From contig NIVC01001238.1 in the NCBI GenBank assembly GCA_002269645.1, positions 267,443-331,442 on the forward strand: DNA of 64,000 bases. Reading direction: 5' to 3'. The notes below the pieces were generated by a model, which was not told the DNA's origin, made no database searches, and saw only the letters and a list, made by a program, of their open reading frames with translations. The position numbers and the translations under genes are program-made. The DNA comes from Macrostomum lignano (lineage: Eukaryota). Below are positions 52,011-64,000 of the stretch, piece after piece; positions within the stretch are counted from its first letter, which is position 1, and the number at the start of each line of letters is the position of its first letter.

Positions 52011-52799
52011 AACAGCTGCAAGCTACCAGCAACTGCACTAACAGGCAGGATTAGCCGGGTCAAACGGGCAAGCAGCAGTTGAGAAGGCAAGAACAGGACG
52101 CCTCCCAGATCAAAGGAGACGCCGCCGGGCTCCCTATCAGTCTGTGGGGTGCAGCACAATTTTCGTGTAGCACAGACCGGGGGAGAAGGCGGCCGACTGC
52201 ACAGTGCAGAGATGAGCTGCTGCGCAAACAGGTCTCACTACTCCTCTCCAAGCCCCGTATGACTTGTGGCAGTCCCGGAGGCCCGGGAGCATCTCGAGTC
52301 AACTCGGAGAGAAAAAAGGGATTTCAGTTTTTTAACAAATCGATAATTGATTTGCGCTGTTTCAACACTTTGTAGCAAGTGAGCCCGAGAGCTTGGGGGA
52401 GTTTCTGAGCACTGCAGCTCACTGGGGGGGGGGCACAGAACGCATTTCGTAGCGCAGGTTTCCTTTCGTGCGCTGGCTCGTTAACTCAGCCCACCCCTGA
52501 GCAGTGCAGGTGGGCCGAGTCAATTAGGGCCTGGCGCTGGTGAAGGGGCGGTCAGTTCAAAGAGAGAAAAAAACAACTCGTGTGTCTGTGGGCTACTCAG
52601 TGAGTTTTGTTTTCAACTCGGAGGGAAAGTTCGAGTCTCCAGGCACTTCTTTGATCAGGCAGGCGTGGGTTCGAGTCAGTGCTCAGGTGCACCCAAGCTC
52701 GGGTTGAACTTCTTCTTCAAGGTCAGGATGAAGCTGCTCAATCAGAGCATTGCATGAGCACTTTGTATCGTGTGAGCACTTGCATTGGCTGCTCGCCAA

Positions 52800-53745
52800 C
52801 AATGGCACTCCATTAATTAAATATGGCATTCTATCGATTATGAAATGGCACTCCATCGAATAATAATGGCACTCCATCGAATAATAATGGCACTCCATCG
52901 AATAATAATGGCACTCCATCGAATAATAATGGCACTCCATCGAATAATAATGGCACTCCATCGAATAACAATGGCACTCCATCGAATAATAATGGCACTC
53001 CATCGAATAACAATGGCACTCCATCGAATAATAATGGCACTCCATCGAATAACAATGGCACTATATCGAATAATAATGGCACTCCATGGCACTTCAGCTT
53101 AAGAAATGGCACTCCATAGATTAAGAAATGGCACTCCATAGATTAAGGAATGGCACTCCATCAATTAAGAAATGGCACTCCATAGATTAAGGAATGGCAC
53201 TCCATAGATTAAGGAATGGCACTCCATCAATTAAGAAATGGCACTCCATAGATTAAGGAATGGCACTCCATAGATTAAGGAATGGCACTCCATAGATTAA
53301 GGAATGACACTCCACAGAGATTAAGGAATGGCACTCCATAGATTAAGGAACGGCACTCCATAGATTAAGGAATAGCACTCCATAGATTAAGGAATGGCAC
53401 TCCATAGATTAAGGAATGGCACTCCATCAATTAAGAAATGGCACTTCATCGATTAAGGAATGGCACTCCATCGATTAAGGAATGGCACTTCATCGATTAA
53501 GGAATGGCACTCCATCAATTAAGAAATGGCACTCCATAGATTAAGGAATGGCACTTCACAGAGATTAAGAAATGGCACTCTATAGATTAAGGAATGGCAC
53601 TCCACAGAGATTAAGGAATGGCACTCCATAGATTAAGGAATGGCACTCCATCAATTAAGAAATGGCACTCCATAGATTAAGGAATGGCACTCCATAGATT
53701 AAGGAATGGCACTCCATAGTTTAAGGAAAGGCACTCTATAAAAGA
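52800..53745. repeat. 21-22 bp minisatellite AATGGCACTCCATCGAATAAT grading into AATGGCACTCCATAGATTAAGG
   Basis: About 43 tandem copies. Confidence 0.92.
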
Positions 53746-55095
53746 AAAATTTTACTCAAAGTCTACAACTGTGCTCACCAATAATCAACCAGCGCCATCT
53801 CACCCAATCAAAAAGGTGTCTCGCCAAAGAGTACCATATTTCAAAATGGCTTCATGCTGATTTTCAAAATGGCGCCATTCGATCAATGATAGTAAAAAAA
53901 TTCCCAAGTTACAATAATTGACTTCACCCTACTGGACGCATTGTGTCTGTTGGCGTAGACCTCATTATTTCCTAGAAAATCATTCTAGAAACCGTCCACT
54001 CCCTGGTGGCGCTTACCTGGGCTGCAATACAGGCGCTTCTCCTCTCAGCATCGCCAAGCTTGCCATCCCGGACTCAGAGCCGCAGCCACACTGCACTGGG
54101 GGCAGTTTGACTGACAGGCGGCTCCAGGCTGGCCCTCCCCCTCCTAAACCCCTCAAAAAATGTCAAACAGCAGCTTCTCAGTTTCACTGGAGCTTCAACG
54201 GAATAGAAAACGCATTAAAGCCTGCCAGAGAGCTCAGTGTCTGTTAATATTATCACAGAACTGTCCCTCACTAAGCTGAAGTGTCAAGAGCCCCAGCTGC
54301 AGCAGTCTCGATCAAGTGTGTTCCCTGCCAACACGCTGAGTGCCTGCGCTTCCCAAACAGACAAGTCCGAGGCAAAGTCCGCCCGCATATTTCCGAATTA
54401 GTGTGTATTTGAGCTTTTTTCCTGCTCAATATTCATCTATAATGTGTCGCACCCACCTCTCTCCTGTCAGCTATCCAGAAGAGCCACTTGGAGTTCTTTT
54501 TCTTTTCTCTTCTTTCGCTGAGCAGTTGCGTCAAGTGCCGGAGCCGCAGCCCATGGGTGTCGCTCTCTGCTCTTTTGTTAGTCAAATTCTGGCCCGCAGA
54601 TATCGCGGACCCATTGTTGCCCACAGAGCGACTGCACGGAAATCACCTTTTCTCCATTTATCCGTGCCTGGCCTCATTAAATCATTTTGCCACCGACAAT
54701 GGCCTCTGACCTCGGGGGGGGGGGGGTTATCCTGCATAATTTATCAGGCCCCGAGCCCTAATCGCAGAGATTAACTCTATAAAAAAGGTTGCTGCGTAGG
54801 TGGGCCGGGGGGTTGGCCCGCATTCGTGGCTGGCCTGTGAGCTGACTCTGAATACTGCTCTGGGATAAATTTCCCAATAATTGACCCGAATTTCGGCCGG
54901 GGATCCGTGTCCCGAAATTGTAACTCCTGCTGACCTGAGCCTCCCGCCAGACTTGAGATTGTAAATTTGCAAGCAGCGCACTGGCTGCTCGGGTGATCTG
55001 GGACTGCATGGCTGCGGCGGGAAGGTCCTTCAGACTGGGATTAGGGATTAGGTTTGGGTTTGGGTTTTGGTTCGAAATAGGGGTTGTAGCCAGTA

Positions 55096-55404
55096 GGTGT
55101 TGTAGCTTAGTGGCTAGAGCGTCGGACTCACGACTTGAAGGTCGGGGGTTCGATTCCCGACCCTCTCGGAACAATTTGTGTCATTAAGCAAGGCACTTAA
55201 CTCTGCGTTGCTTCAGTTCACCCAGCTGTAAAATGGGTGCCAGCATTAGCTGGGGCAATTGAGGGCGTGTGGCGACCCCCAGTCCTCGGACTGAACAGCC
55301 GTACGCAGCCTTCAGATGCGCCGCGCAATAGCTGCGGCTGAGCTGTCGGTTGCACATCTGGCCATTAGGGCAGGTGTAATCAATTAATTATTATTATTAT
55401 TATT
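55096..55404 (+). mobile_element. tRNA-derived SINE with a Deu/Nin-like central domain and a (TTA)n tail
   Basis: A box TAGCTTAGTGG and B box GGTTCGATTCC. The central segment is AAGCAAGGCACTTAACTC...TTCACCCAGCTGTAAAATGGGT. The tail is aattattattattattatt. Confidence 0.85.
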
Positions 55405-55710
55405 GAGTTTGGGTTTGGGTTCGGGTTTGAGTTTGGGTTTGGGTTCGGGTTCGGGTTTGGGTTTGGGTTTGGGTTTGGGTTTGGGTTCGGGTTTGGGTTT
55501 GGGTTTGGGTTTGGGTTTGGGTTTGGGTTTGGGTTTGGTTTGGGTTGGTTCGGGTTTGGGTTTGGGTTCGGGTTCGGGTTTGGGTTTGGGTTTGGGTTCG
55601 GGTTTGGGTTCGGGTTTGGGTTCGGGTTTGGGTTCGGGTTTGGGTTTGGGTTTGGGTTCGGGTTTGGGTTCGGGTTTGGTTCGGTTCGGATTTGGTTCGG
55701 GTTTGGGCTT
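55405..55710. repeat. (GGGTTT/GGGTTC)n telomere-like hexamer array; a short matching tract also lies at about 55037-55070
   Basis: Read directly from the sequence. Confidence 0.9.
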
Positions 55711-57235
55711 TTGTTTGGGTGGGTTGGCTAAAGACTTCTTTTTAAAGGATATTTTTGTATTTATTAGAAATTTTTCGCCAGGGGGTGCAAAGTGGGTTCA
55801 ATATTTGTTTTTTCCAGTATCTGTGCCATATGTTTGCGCCACTTTTTAAAGTTTTAAAGGTTTTTCTGCCATGTTTTAGGATTTAGTGCCATTTTCAAAG
55901 AGCTCTGTTTGCAGTTTAAAAGCCCGAGAAAATTCCACATTGCAGCCAAAAGTTACCAAACAGCTCGCACCCCGGTCTGTTTAATCAAAAACTCACGCAT
56001 GAAAACCTTGTAATTAGCTCTGGCCCGCCTCAGCAGAACTCATGGGCCACTATGGAGTAGTGTTTCTCTTCTCCTTCTTCTTCTTTTGCAACAGAGGGAA
56101 GCAGCAATGTTTTGTTTCTCACAAGCAATGCTGTCTGGATAAAAATTGCGTTTAAGTCACGTCTCACCGATGACAATGCAGCACTGGTTATTAACATCAG
56201 CTCAATGAGAACTCAATATGAGCTGATAACACAGCTCATCTCCTACTGTTTGTCCACTTTGTCGGCGAGTGATATTACCGGCTGATGAAGCTCGAGCAAA
56301 GATGCTGGGGAGGCTGGGGGGCAGCAGAGGTCGGGCTCGCTCAGCGGGAGGCTGGGAGGGCTCAAGATGATGCAGTCACGACTCTTATTGCATTGCCAAT
56401 ATGAATATGAATATGAGTTAGCAGCGAGCCCCCTAGCAACTAATTTTCAAGCGAGTTTCAGCCTCTCCAAATCCCGTATTGTTCAGCCGGGGTCATTGTT
56501 AAAAAAAGTGGAGAGGACAGCTAGAGCACGGAGCTCAGATCCCCGCTTGAGAGCTCAACTCCCCCTGCTCCCAGTCACCGCCCGAGCTCGTTTAGCCGTT
56601 ACGTAAGCAGGCTTTGAGGACGCCGACGGGAGCTCATTGAATATGCAAATTGCACCTATATGCCGCCGCCCTCGCTCTCCTGTTGTCTCTCCAGCTTCAC
56701 CCACATGGGCCCAGGCTAGGCGAGAAAATGGCCCTAGGGGGTGACCCAGCCTCCAGAGCCGCATGCGGCGGCAGGACTCAAAAATCTGAAGTTCCCATTC
56801 TAGTAATCCCCAACAGCGGGGGGCTGAGTACCCCCCCCTCCCAGGCTGCCGAGCAGTTTTCCAGACTCGAACCAATGCCGCTTTCACTAATTTGACAAAT
56901 ATATTTGGCTGCGAGGAGGGCGGGGCGATGAGGGACAGAGGAGGCTGGGAGCCATCGAGCTTAGAATCCCAGCGTCTGTCAATGTCTGGCAGGCGGGCCC
57001 AGTGACTCACCGCACAGAAATGCCCGCCCGCACCCATCAGATAATCATCTTCATTGCTTGTCGCATGAAAACTCAAAACACAGCCAGGCCCGGAGTCTCG
57101 GGTTACACGCATGGCCACTTCCTGAGCTGCGCGGGTAATTAGCGAGCCCCGGCTGCAGATTTGGGCGGGCCGGAGGGGGTCCCCGCGGCGCTTAATTAAG
57201 GTGGCGCTTTTATGCCGCAATTTCGCCAATTCCAG

Positions 57236-57383
57236 TACCGAGAATTTGACTACATGGCGCCAGCGTTTGGGCCCGCGGCGGCTGCGGCAGCGGCTGCGGT
57301 GCCCGGCAGCGGCCAGTCCTCGGAGTCCGACAGCGGCCGGGGCACCACCTGCTTCGTTGATGACGATCCGTTCCGAGAGATCG
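57236..57383 (+). CDS. Protocadherin exon 3 (cytoplasmic, CM1-like SDSGRG)
   Basis: Acceptor TTCCAG| in phase 0 matches exon 2. Translates to YREFDYMAP...QSSESDSGRGTTCFVDDDPFREI. Donor G|GTGAGC, phase 1. Confidence 0.7.
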
Positions 57384-57396
57384 GTGAGCTGCTGGC

Positions 57397-57492
57397 GATG
57401 ATAGAGATGATGCTGATGATGATGATGCTGATGATGATGATGATGATGATGATGCTGATGATGATGATGGCGGTGGATGATGATGATGGCGG

Positions 57493-57525
<33 letters not shown>

Positions 57526-57628
57526 GTGATGGTGATGATGATTATGATGATAAGGATGATGTTGATGATGATGATGATGATGATAGTGATGATGATGTTG
57601 ATGATGATGACAATGATAGTGATGATGC

Positions 57629-57663
<35 letters not shown>

Positions 57664-57676
57664 GTGGTGGATGATG

Positions 57677-57708
<32 letters not shown>

Positions 57709-57917
57709 GATGATGATGATGATGTGATGATGATTATGATGATAATGATGATGTTGTTGATGATGATGATGATAGTGATGATGATGTTGATGATGATGAT
57801 GATGATGATGATAGAGATGATGCTGATGATGATGATGGCGGTGGATGATGATGATGGTGATGATGATTATGATGATAAGGATGATGTTGATGATGATGAT
57901 GATGATAGTGATGATGC

Positions 57918-58006
<89 letters not shown>

Positions 58007-58016
58007 GTGGTGGATG

Positions 58017-58048
<32 letters not shown>

Positions 58049-58149
58049 GATTGTGATGATGATTATGATGATAATGATGATGTTGATGATGATGATGATG
58101 ATAGTGATGATGATGTTGATGATGATGATGATGATGATAGTGATGATGC

Positions 58150-58190
<41 letters not shown>

Positions 58191-58195
58191 GTGGT
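57397..58195. repeat. (GAT)n imperfect trinucleotide array with internal block duplications
   Basis: Starts about 14 nt after the donor at 57384. Confidence 0.95.
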
Positions 58196-58748
58196 GGTGA
58201 TTTGACAGTGATGGGCATTAAAAATCCAGGAGTTCCGCTGGTAGGGCTGGGCAAAGAAACTCGCTAAAAAAGCGGTAAAAATCAAACAAATTAGTGATGA
58301 ATTTCCATTTCGCTAATCAAAGCGCTCCGAGCTGGCTGCACACGCAGGGCTCAAAGCGCGGCATTCGAATGTCCCGATTGCCATGCTGGGTGGCGGATCA
58401 AAACAAGGCGCGCCTGCCATTGATGAAGCCGCTCACTGACCAGGGCGGACGTTGCGGCGTTTTGATCTCGCCAGCTCCGATTCGAGTTGACAAGTTGGAG
58501 CTCCGGGGGAGGGAGGGGCAGCTCAGAGTTGGGGGAAAATCAAATTAACTTTCGGGTCACCCCGGTCCAGGTGGGTTTTTCGAATCTGTGATTACGCAAT
58601 CCCGCAATCCCGGGTCGGGGCTCTGGCCTGGCAACACACGGAGGAACTGATGAGGCGGGAAATGGCATGACTGCTCAGCCTGATGAGATGGAGAGCCCGA
58701 GGGTTGACAGAGATTGACAGAGTTCCCCAAGGCCCGAAACCCGCTAAA

Positions 58749-59300
<552 letters not shown>

Positions 59301-60277
59301 TATATATCAAAGTCTGCGACAGGAAGTGTCTGAATTGCCCCAGTGATCTCCCACCCGCTCACAAACAAGAATGCAGCATTAGGGAATTTGCTACATCAGT
59401 AAAGACAGTTTAATTCCCTTATGACAGCTGACTCAGAGAGGGGTTGTGGGCGGCCCAGTTGCACCGCCACTGCCCAATTTCGGCCCACTTCAGAGACAAG
59501 GTCACTCGGTATTAGGAAAACTGGCTGGCGCTGTGATGCTGGCAAAGACTTCCCCGAGCCTCAGCCGCGGCCCGAACTCCCTTTGCCAGGCGAGAGTAGA
59601 GCGACACGACAGACAGAGCGGGCGGCTCTCAAAAGAGTTGGCAAAGGCAAAGACAGCCGCGGCTGACCGTCTTTTGAAATCCGTGTTGGCAGCGGCTGCT
59701 TTGAAATTTCTGTGCTCAAAACTGTCCATTCCCCTTTGTGCTCCATCCTGCTTTGCCGCTCCCAGAAGCAGCAGCTCGGCAAACAGCCGCTCTCTCGTAC
59801 TCTGGGATTTTATCTCTAAATGCAAAAAATCCGATCCCCAGATAATCTCCCATGGCCTGCCGAGATCGAATTCTTCTCCAACAGAACTGTCTCCGGAGGG
59901 GATAAAGCTCCCAATGCCCCTTCTGCTCCCTATGAACTTCGGGGGATCCTGACCTGTTTGTCGATAAAGAGAGCCAGATAGAGAGGAGACAGGGGGACCA
60001 AGCGATTACGTCATCGCTAGGGAGTTTGGGATAAAAACGGGAGTAGAAAAGCCACAACTTTATTCCCCATACTTCACTCGCTAATCAGCAAAAAAACAGC
60101 TTTTTTGGATCGGCCATGGGATATGGGATTTGGAGAGAGGGGATAGATTGGGAAAAACTGATAGGGGATTTCAACATGAGGGGTTGGTGAGTTTTGATGG
60201 TCCAATTCAGCCGTGGGATATTTTTGCTGGGAATGGGATGAACCGGCAAACCGAGCGAAGGCCATCAAATCCCGCAG

Positions 60278-60456
60278 GAGGCGCGCACCATCCCCGCCCG
60301 AGCGGCAGGGCGCAGCAGGGAGCCGCCGACTTCCGCAGCATGACGGTCAGCCCCCGCCAGCACCCCGCCGCAGGCCTGATGTCCACCTTCACCCTGGACA
60401 GACAGCGGGCCAGGCTGGGCGGTCACGTGACCGTCAACAATGGCCTGCAGGTGTGA
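60278..60456 (+). CDS. Probable terminal exon 4 of the protocadherin
   Basis: Acceptor CCCGCAG| in phase 1 matches exon 3. GC-rich, translating to GGAHHPRP...DFRSMTVSPRQ...STFTLDRQRARLGGHVTVNNGLQV*. Confidence 0.55.
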
Positions 60457-60949
60457 AAATGACTCAGTGTGAATGCCATGAAGTCGCAATTTCCAAAGCC
60501 GCTTATATTTTCGATTTGATGTCCCAGCTGCACTGCTAGTAGTAGAATGTCGGAGATTTGTCACCAAATAGTTGCAATACTTTTTGATTGATTTTGTTCC
60601 TGTTTTCACGCACTTCCGCTCCGAGCTGACTTCGACTTTGCTGTTGTTCCCTCAGTGAAATTGCTTGTGGGTTTAAAGCTCGGCCTGCAGTTACAATAGC
60701 TCAGCAGGCTCTGAACTCATTTATTGTGTCATTGTTATTTGATTTGCTCTTTTGTTCAGCTTGTAATTTTGTACACTAATGATGCGTTTGCTATAGTGTA
60801 CCGAATAAATTAAATTTTATCGCTAATAACCGCTGACTAACGAATTTGTGAGCACTGCTCCATCTTCTGCTCTGTGACTTGAGGCTTTGGCTGAGGCGCG
60901 GCAGCAATGAGTGGGAGAAGAGGCAGAGGGCACGGGGAGGGTTTATTCA

Positions 60950-61640
60950 AGGTGAGAGAGGGAAAGAGGTAGAGGGGAGGTAGATGGGGGAACAGAGAGT
61001 AGTAGAGGTAAAGGGTAGGGATGGAGAGGGGAGAGAATGACTGGGGAGAGAGGGAGACAGCGGCTGCTGGAGAGAGCGAGAGAAGGAGAGGGAGACGGGT
61101 AGAGGCAGGAGAGGGAGAGAGGAGAGGGGAAGAGGGGTGAAGTGTTATAGGAAGAGAGGAGGCAAGGAGAGAGGAGAGAGGAGAGAAGAGAGAAGTAGAG
61201 GGGGAGAGAAGGACAGTGGAGAGAGGGAGAGGGGAGAAAGTGAGAGGGGAGAGAAGCAGATGCGAGAGAAGAGAGGAGAGAGGTAAAGGGGATAGTGGTT
61301 GAAAGGAGAGAGGGAGAGGGCAGATGGGGAAGGAGAGGGGAGAGGGAGAGGGGAGAGGGAGAGGAAAGAGAGGGAGAGGGGAGAGGGAGAGGGGAGAGAG
61401 GGAGAGAGGGAGAAGAGAAGGGAGATGGAGAGGAAAGAGAGGGAAGAGAGGGAGAGAGGGAGAGAGGGAGAGGAAGGGGGAGATGGAGAGGAAAGCGAGG
61501 GAAGAGAGGGAGAGGGGAGAGGGAGAGAGGAGATGGAGAGAAAAGCGAGGGAAGAGAGGGAGAGGGGAGAGGGAGAGGGGAGATGGAGAGAAAAGCGGGG
61601 AAGAGAGGGAGAGGGGAGAGGGAGAGAAAAGCGGGGAGAG
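60950..61640. repeat. GA-rich low-complexity polypurine tract
   Basis: Read directly from the sequence. Confidence 0.85.
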
Positions 61641-62224
61641 AGCTACACTACAGATTTACCTGTGCGGTCAGATATAAAATTCAACCGGCTGAAATCTCTG
61701 CAACAAGTTCGCTGTCATGAACCACAAAACGCTTAACATAATATTTACTCGTAGGAGACTTTCAAATATCAAGGTTGCTTTTTACTTTATGTTTCATTTT
61801 TGTCATACTACTGCTAGCGCAGCCAATGAGTAGCAATACGGGCAGGCGTGGCTCTAAGAGCTCAAATTTCACTGAGGCGGTCGCCAGAGCCAATGGAATT
61901 CGAGGTGGCTCAGGAGAAGCTGGCTGGGGTGTCCCAAGTGTTTTTTCCACGTGCGCCAATAAAAAACTTCACAAAAAAGAAGAAAAGTAGAAATCCAGAA
62001 AGAAAAAAATAAAGACAGAAAAAAGCTGCGAAACAAAATGGAAATTGTTGCGGTAGAAGAACCCAGGAGAAGACTGCATGTACTGGTTTCTGCTCCTAAT
62101 CTTGACAGCGGTGATAGAAGCAGCTACAAAAGCAACTTTATAAGCATCTGCGGAAGCAGAAGCAGAAGAAAGGTGCTGGATAACAATGTTGAAAGCAACT
62201 ACATGTACGAAGGCTCCTCTGGAG

Positions 62225-62570
62225 ATGACTGCGGAAGCAACAGTGGAAGCAACAGTGGAAGCAACAGTGGAAGCACGGAAGCAACAGTGGAAGCAACAGT
62301 GGAAGCAACAGTGGAAGCAACAGTGGAAGCAACAGTGGAAGCAACAGTGGAAGCAACAGTGGAAGCAACAGTGGAAGCAACTGCGGAAGCAACAGTGGAA
62401 GCAACAGTGGAAGCAACAGTGGAAGCAACAGTGGAAGCAACAGTGGAAGCAACAGTGGAAGCAACAGTGGAAGCAACAGTGGAAGCAACAGTGGAAGCAA
62501 CAGTGGAAGCAACAGTGGAAGCAACTGCGGAAGCAACTGCGGAAGCAACAGTGGAAGCAACAGCGGAAAC
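62225..62570. repeat. 12 bp minisatellite AAGCAACAGTGG
   Basis: About 28 copies. Confidence 0.93.
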
Positions 62571-62859
62571 AACGGCAGTCGCTCCGCCGCGGCAGCGCGC
62601 CAGGCCCGCCTCGCCCTGTCAGCCGCCATCCGGTCAGACAGCCGGCGCGCCAAAGCCGCTTCGGTCTCCGCCTCCCGCCGGCCAGCCGTGCGCCGACGAC
62701 CGCTGCGCCACCGGCTGGGTGCGGCCGCCAGCCTGCCCGCCTTCTACTCGTCGAAGGTGCCGCCGACGGAGAAATCAGCGACTGCGGCGGCTGCCGCTAA
62801 AAGGCGACTTTTGCAAGCGAAAATCTCTGGTAAGGGGAGGGCGGAATAGAGGGGAAAGC

Positions 62860-63050
62860 AGAAGGAGGCGAGGGCGGAAGGAGGGGGCGGAAGGAAGGGT
62901 GAAAGGAGGGGGTGAAAGGAGGGGAGTGGAAGGAGGGGGGCGGAAGGAGGGGGCGGAAGGAGGGGCGGAAGGAGGGGGGCGGAAGGAGGGGGGCGGAAGG
63001 AGGGGGCGGAAGAGGGGGCGGAAGGAGGGGGGGCGAAAAAGAAAAGAGCT
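62860..63050. repeat. G-rich GGAAGGAGGGGGC repeat
   Basis: Read directly from the sequence. Confidence 0.8.
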
Positions 63051-64000
63051 GATGAAGGAGAGAGCCTAAGCTCAATCCCCAATGGACTCTCGTGCTCCCC
63101 ACTCGCCACCATTGCAGACCTGCTGCCGCAGCAGCAGAGACGCCCCAGCTGCTGTCAGTCTCCAGTTTCTGCTCCAAAGCAGCAGCAACGCCGGAGCTGC
63201 TGAGAGCCGTTGTTGGCAGAATTGACACTGCAGCAATGCCGAACACTTGAACTCTCTGTGCAAAACTAACATTGACAAACTCAAGCCACGCGAGTGAATG
63301 TTGTAAATAAATTCATGTATAATTTTTGTCTCGCTAATTAAAAGATCCCCGGTTTCTTTCTCCGGGTTCGAGTTCAGCAGGCGCATGCGGTCTGGTAACT
63401 GGGGCAGCGATGAAGCTGAGGAGGCTGGGGAGTTCAGACTGACGGATGCTGGGAGGCTGGGGCCTGTCAGGACTGACTGAGGCCCGGCAGCTGATGGAAA
63501 TTCAAGACCTGCCGAAGGCGGAGAGTCGCAAAACTGAAGCCCCGCGTTCCCAGGGATCGAGTCAAGACTGCTTACATGGAAATGATGACTCATCCAAAAT
63601 ATACTGGTGTCTGGATTTTTTCTTTGCTTTCATTTGGCAACAATGCAATAAGCTTAAATTGGCGTTCTTTACCGGCTTCCTACTCATTTATAAGAAACTT
63701 AGGTGTACGTCCTGGCACCTGTAATAAATTGTAAATGCCTAACGATAAATAAAATTAGGGGCTGCTGTGCACTCCTGTGTGAGTGTGTGCCTGTGCGTAT
63801 GACTGCGTACGTATCCGCGCGCTTGTGTGCCTGCTCAGGTGAGTCGCCGAATGGGCAGCAATGCCTCTCGCCGGTTGTGTGACAATGTCGCTGTCAAAAT
63901 CTCCTTCCAGATTCTATCACCCAGAGCTCCTTGATTCAATAAAAATACTTGTTACTTGCCTGTTCGCAGTCTTCAGCCAGGCTGTCAGAAACAAAGACCC

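Noticed and set aside
55096-55170. Functional tRNA gene
   Set aside because: The acceptor stem does not pair, there is no poly-T terminator, and it continues into a SINE body and (TTA)n tail.
55405-55710. True chromosome end or telomere
   Set aside because: Internal to a protocadherin intron, a mix of GGGTTT and GGGTTC, and not TTAGGG.
57400-58285. Poly-Asp, poly-Met or poly-His coding ORFs
   Set aside because: An intronic (GAT)n array lying just after a consensus donor.

Overview
Metazoan genomic DNA with GC-rich exons set among very dense micro- and minisatellites. This style suggests a flatworm such as Macrostomum lignano, but the species is inferred, not proven. The window opens inside an intact non-LTR retrotransposon (RT, RNase H and CCHC finger; LOA/R1-like) with a TAAG-type tail. 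Five host genes were modelled by hand from GT-AG sites and exon phases: a divergent 4-EF-hand calmodulin-like gene (+, 6033-7523); an intronless acylphosphatase (-, 8056-8451); a heparan sulfate 3-O-sulfotransferase (-, 10975-13501) with an in-frame TGA at codon 199; a divergent synaptotagmin-like TM-C2-C2 gene (+, 17689-20310); and a 7-EC delta-type protocadherin (+, 46160-60456). There is also one full tRNA-derived SINE and one degenerate tRNA-like head. The clearest unexplained pattern is that tandem arrays directly abut exons. In two introns the repeat unit is itself a copy of the exon/intron junction (AG|GTGAG). Mutually complementary arrays also flank individual exons. Most long ORFs in the supplied track are by-products of repeats.
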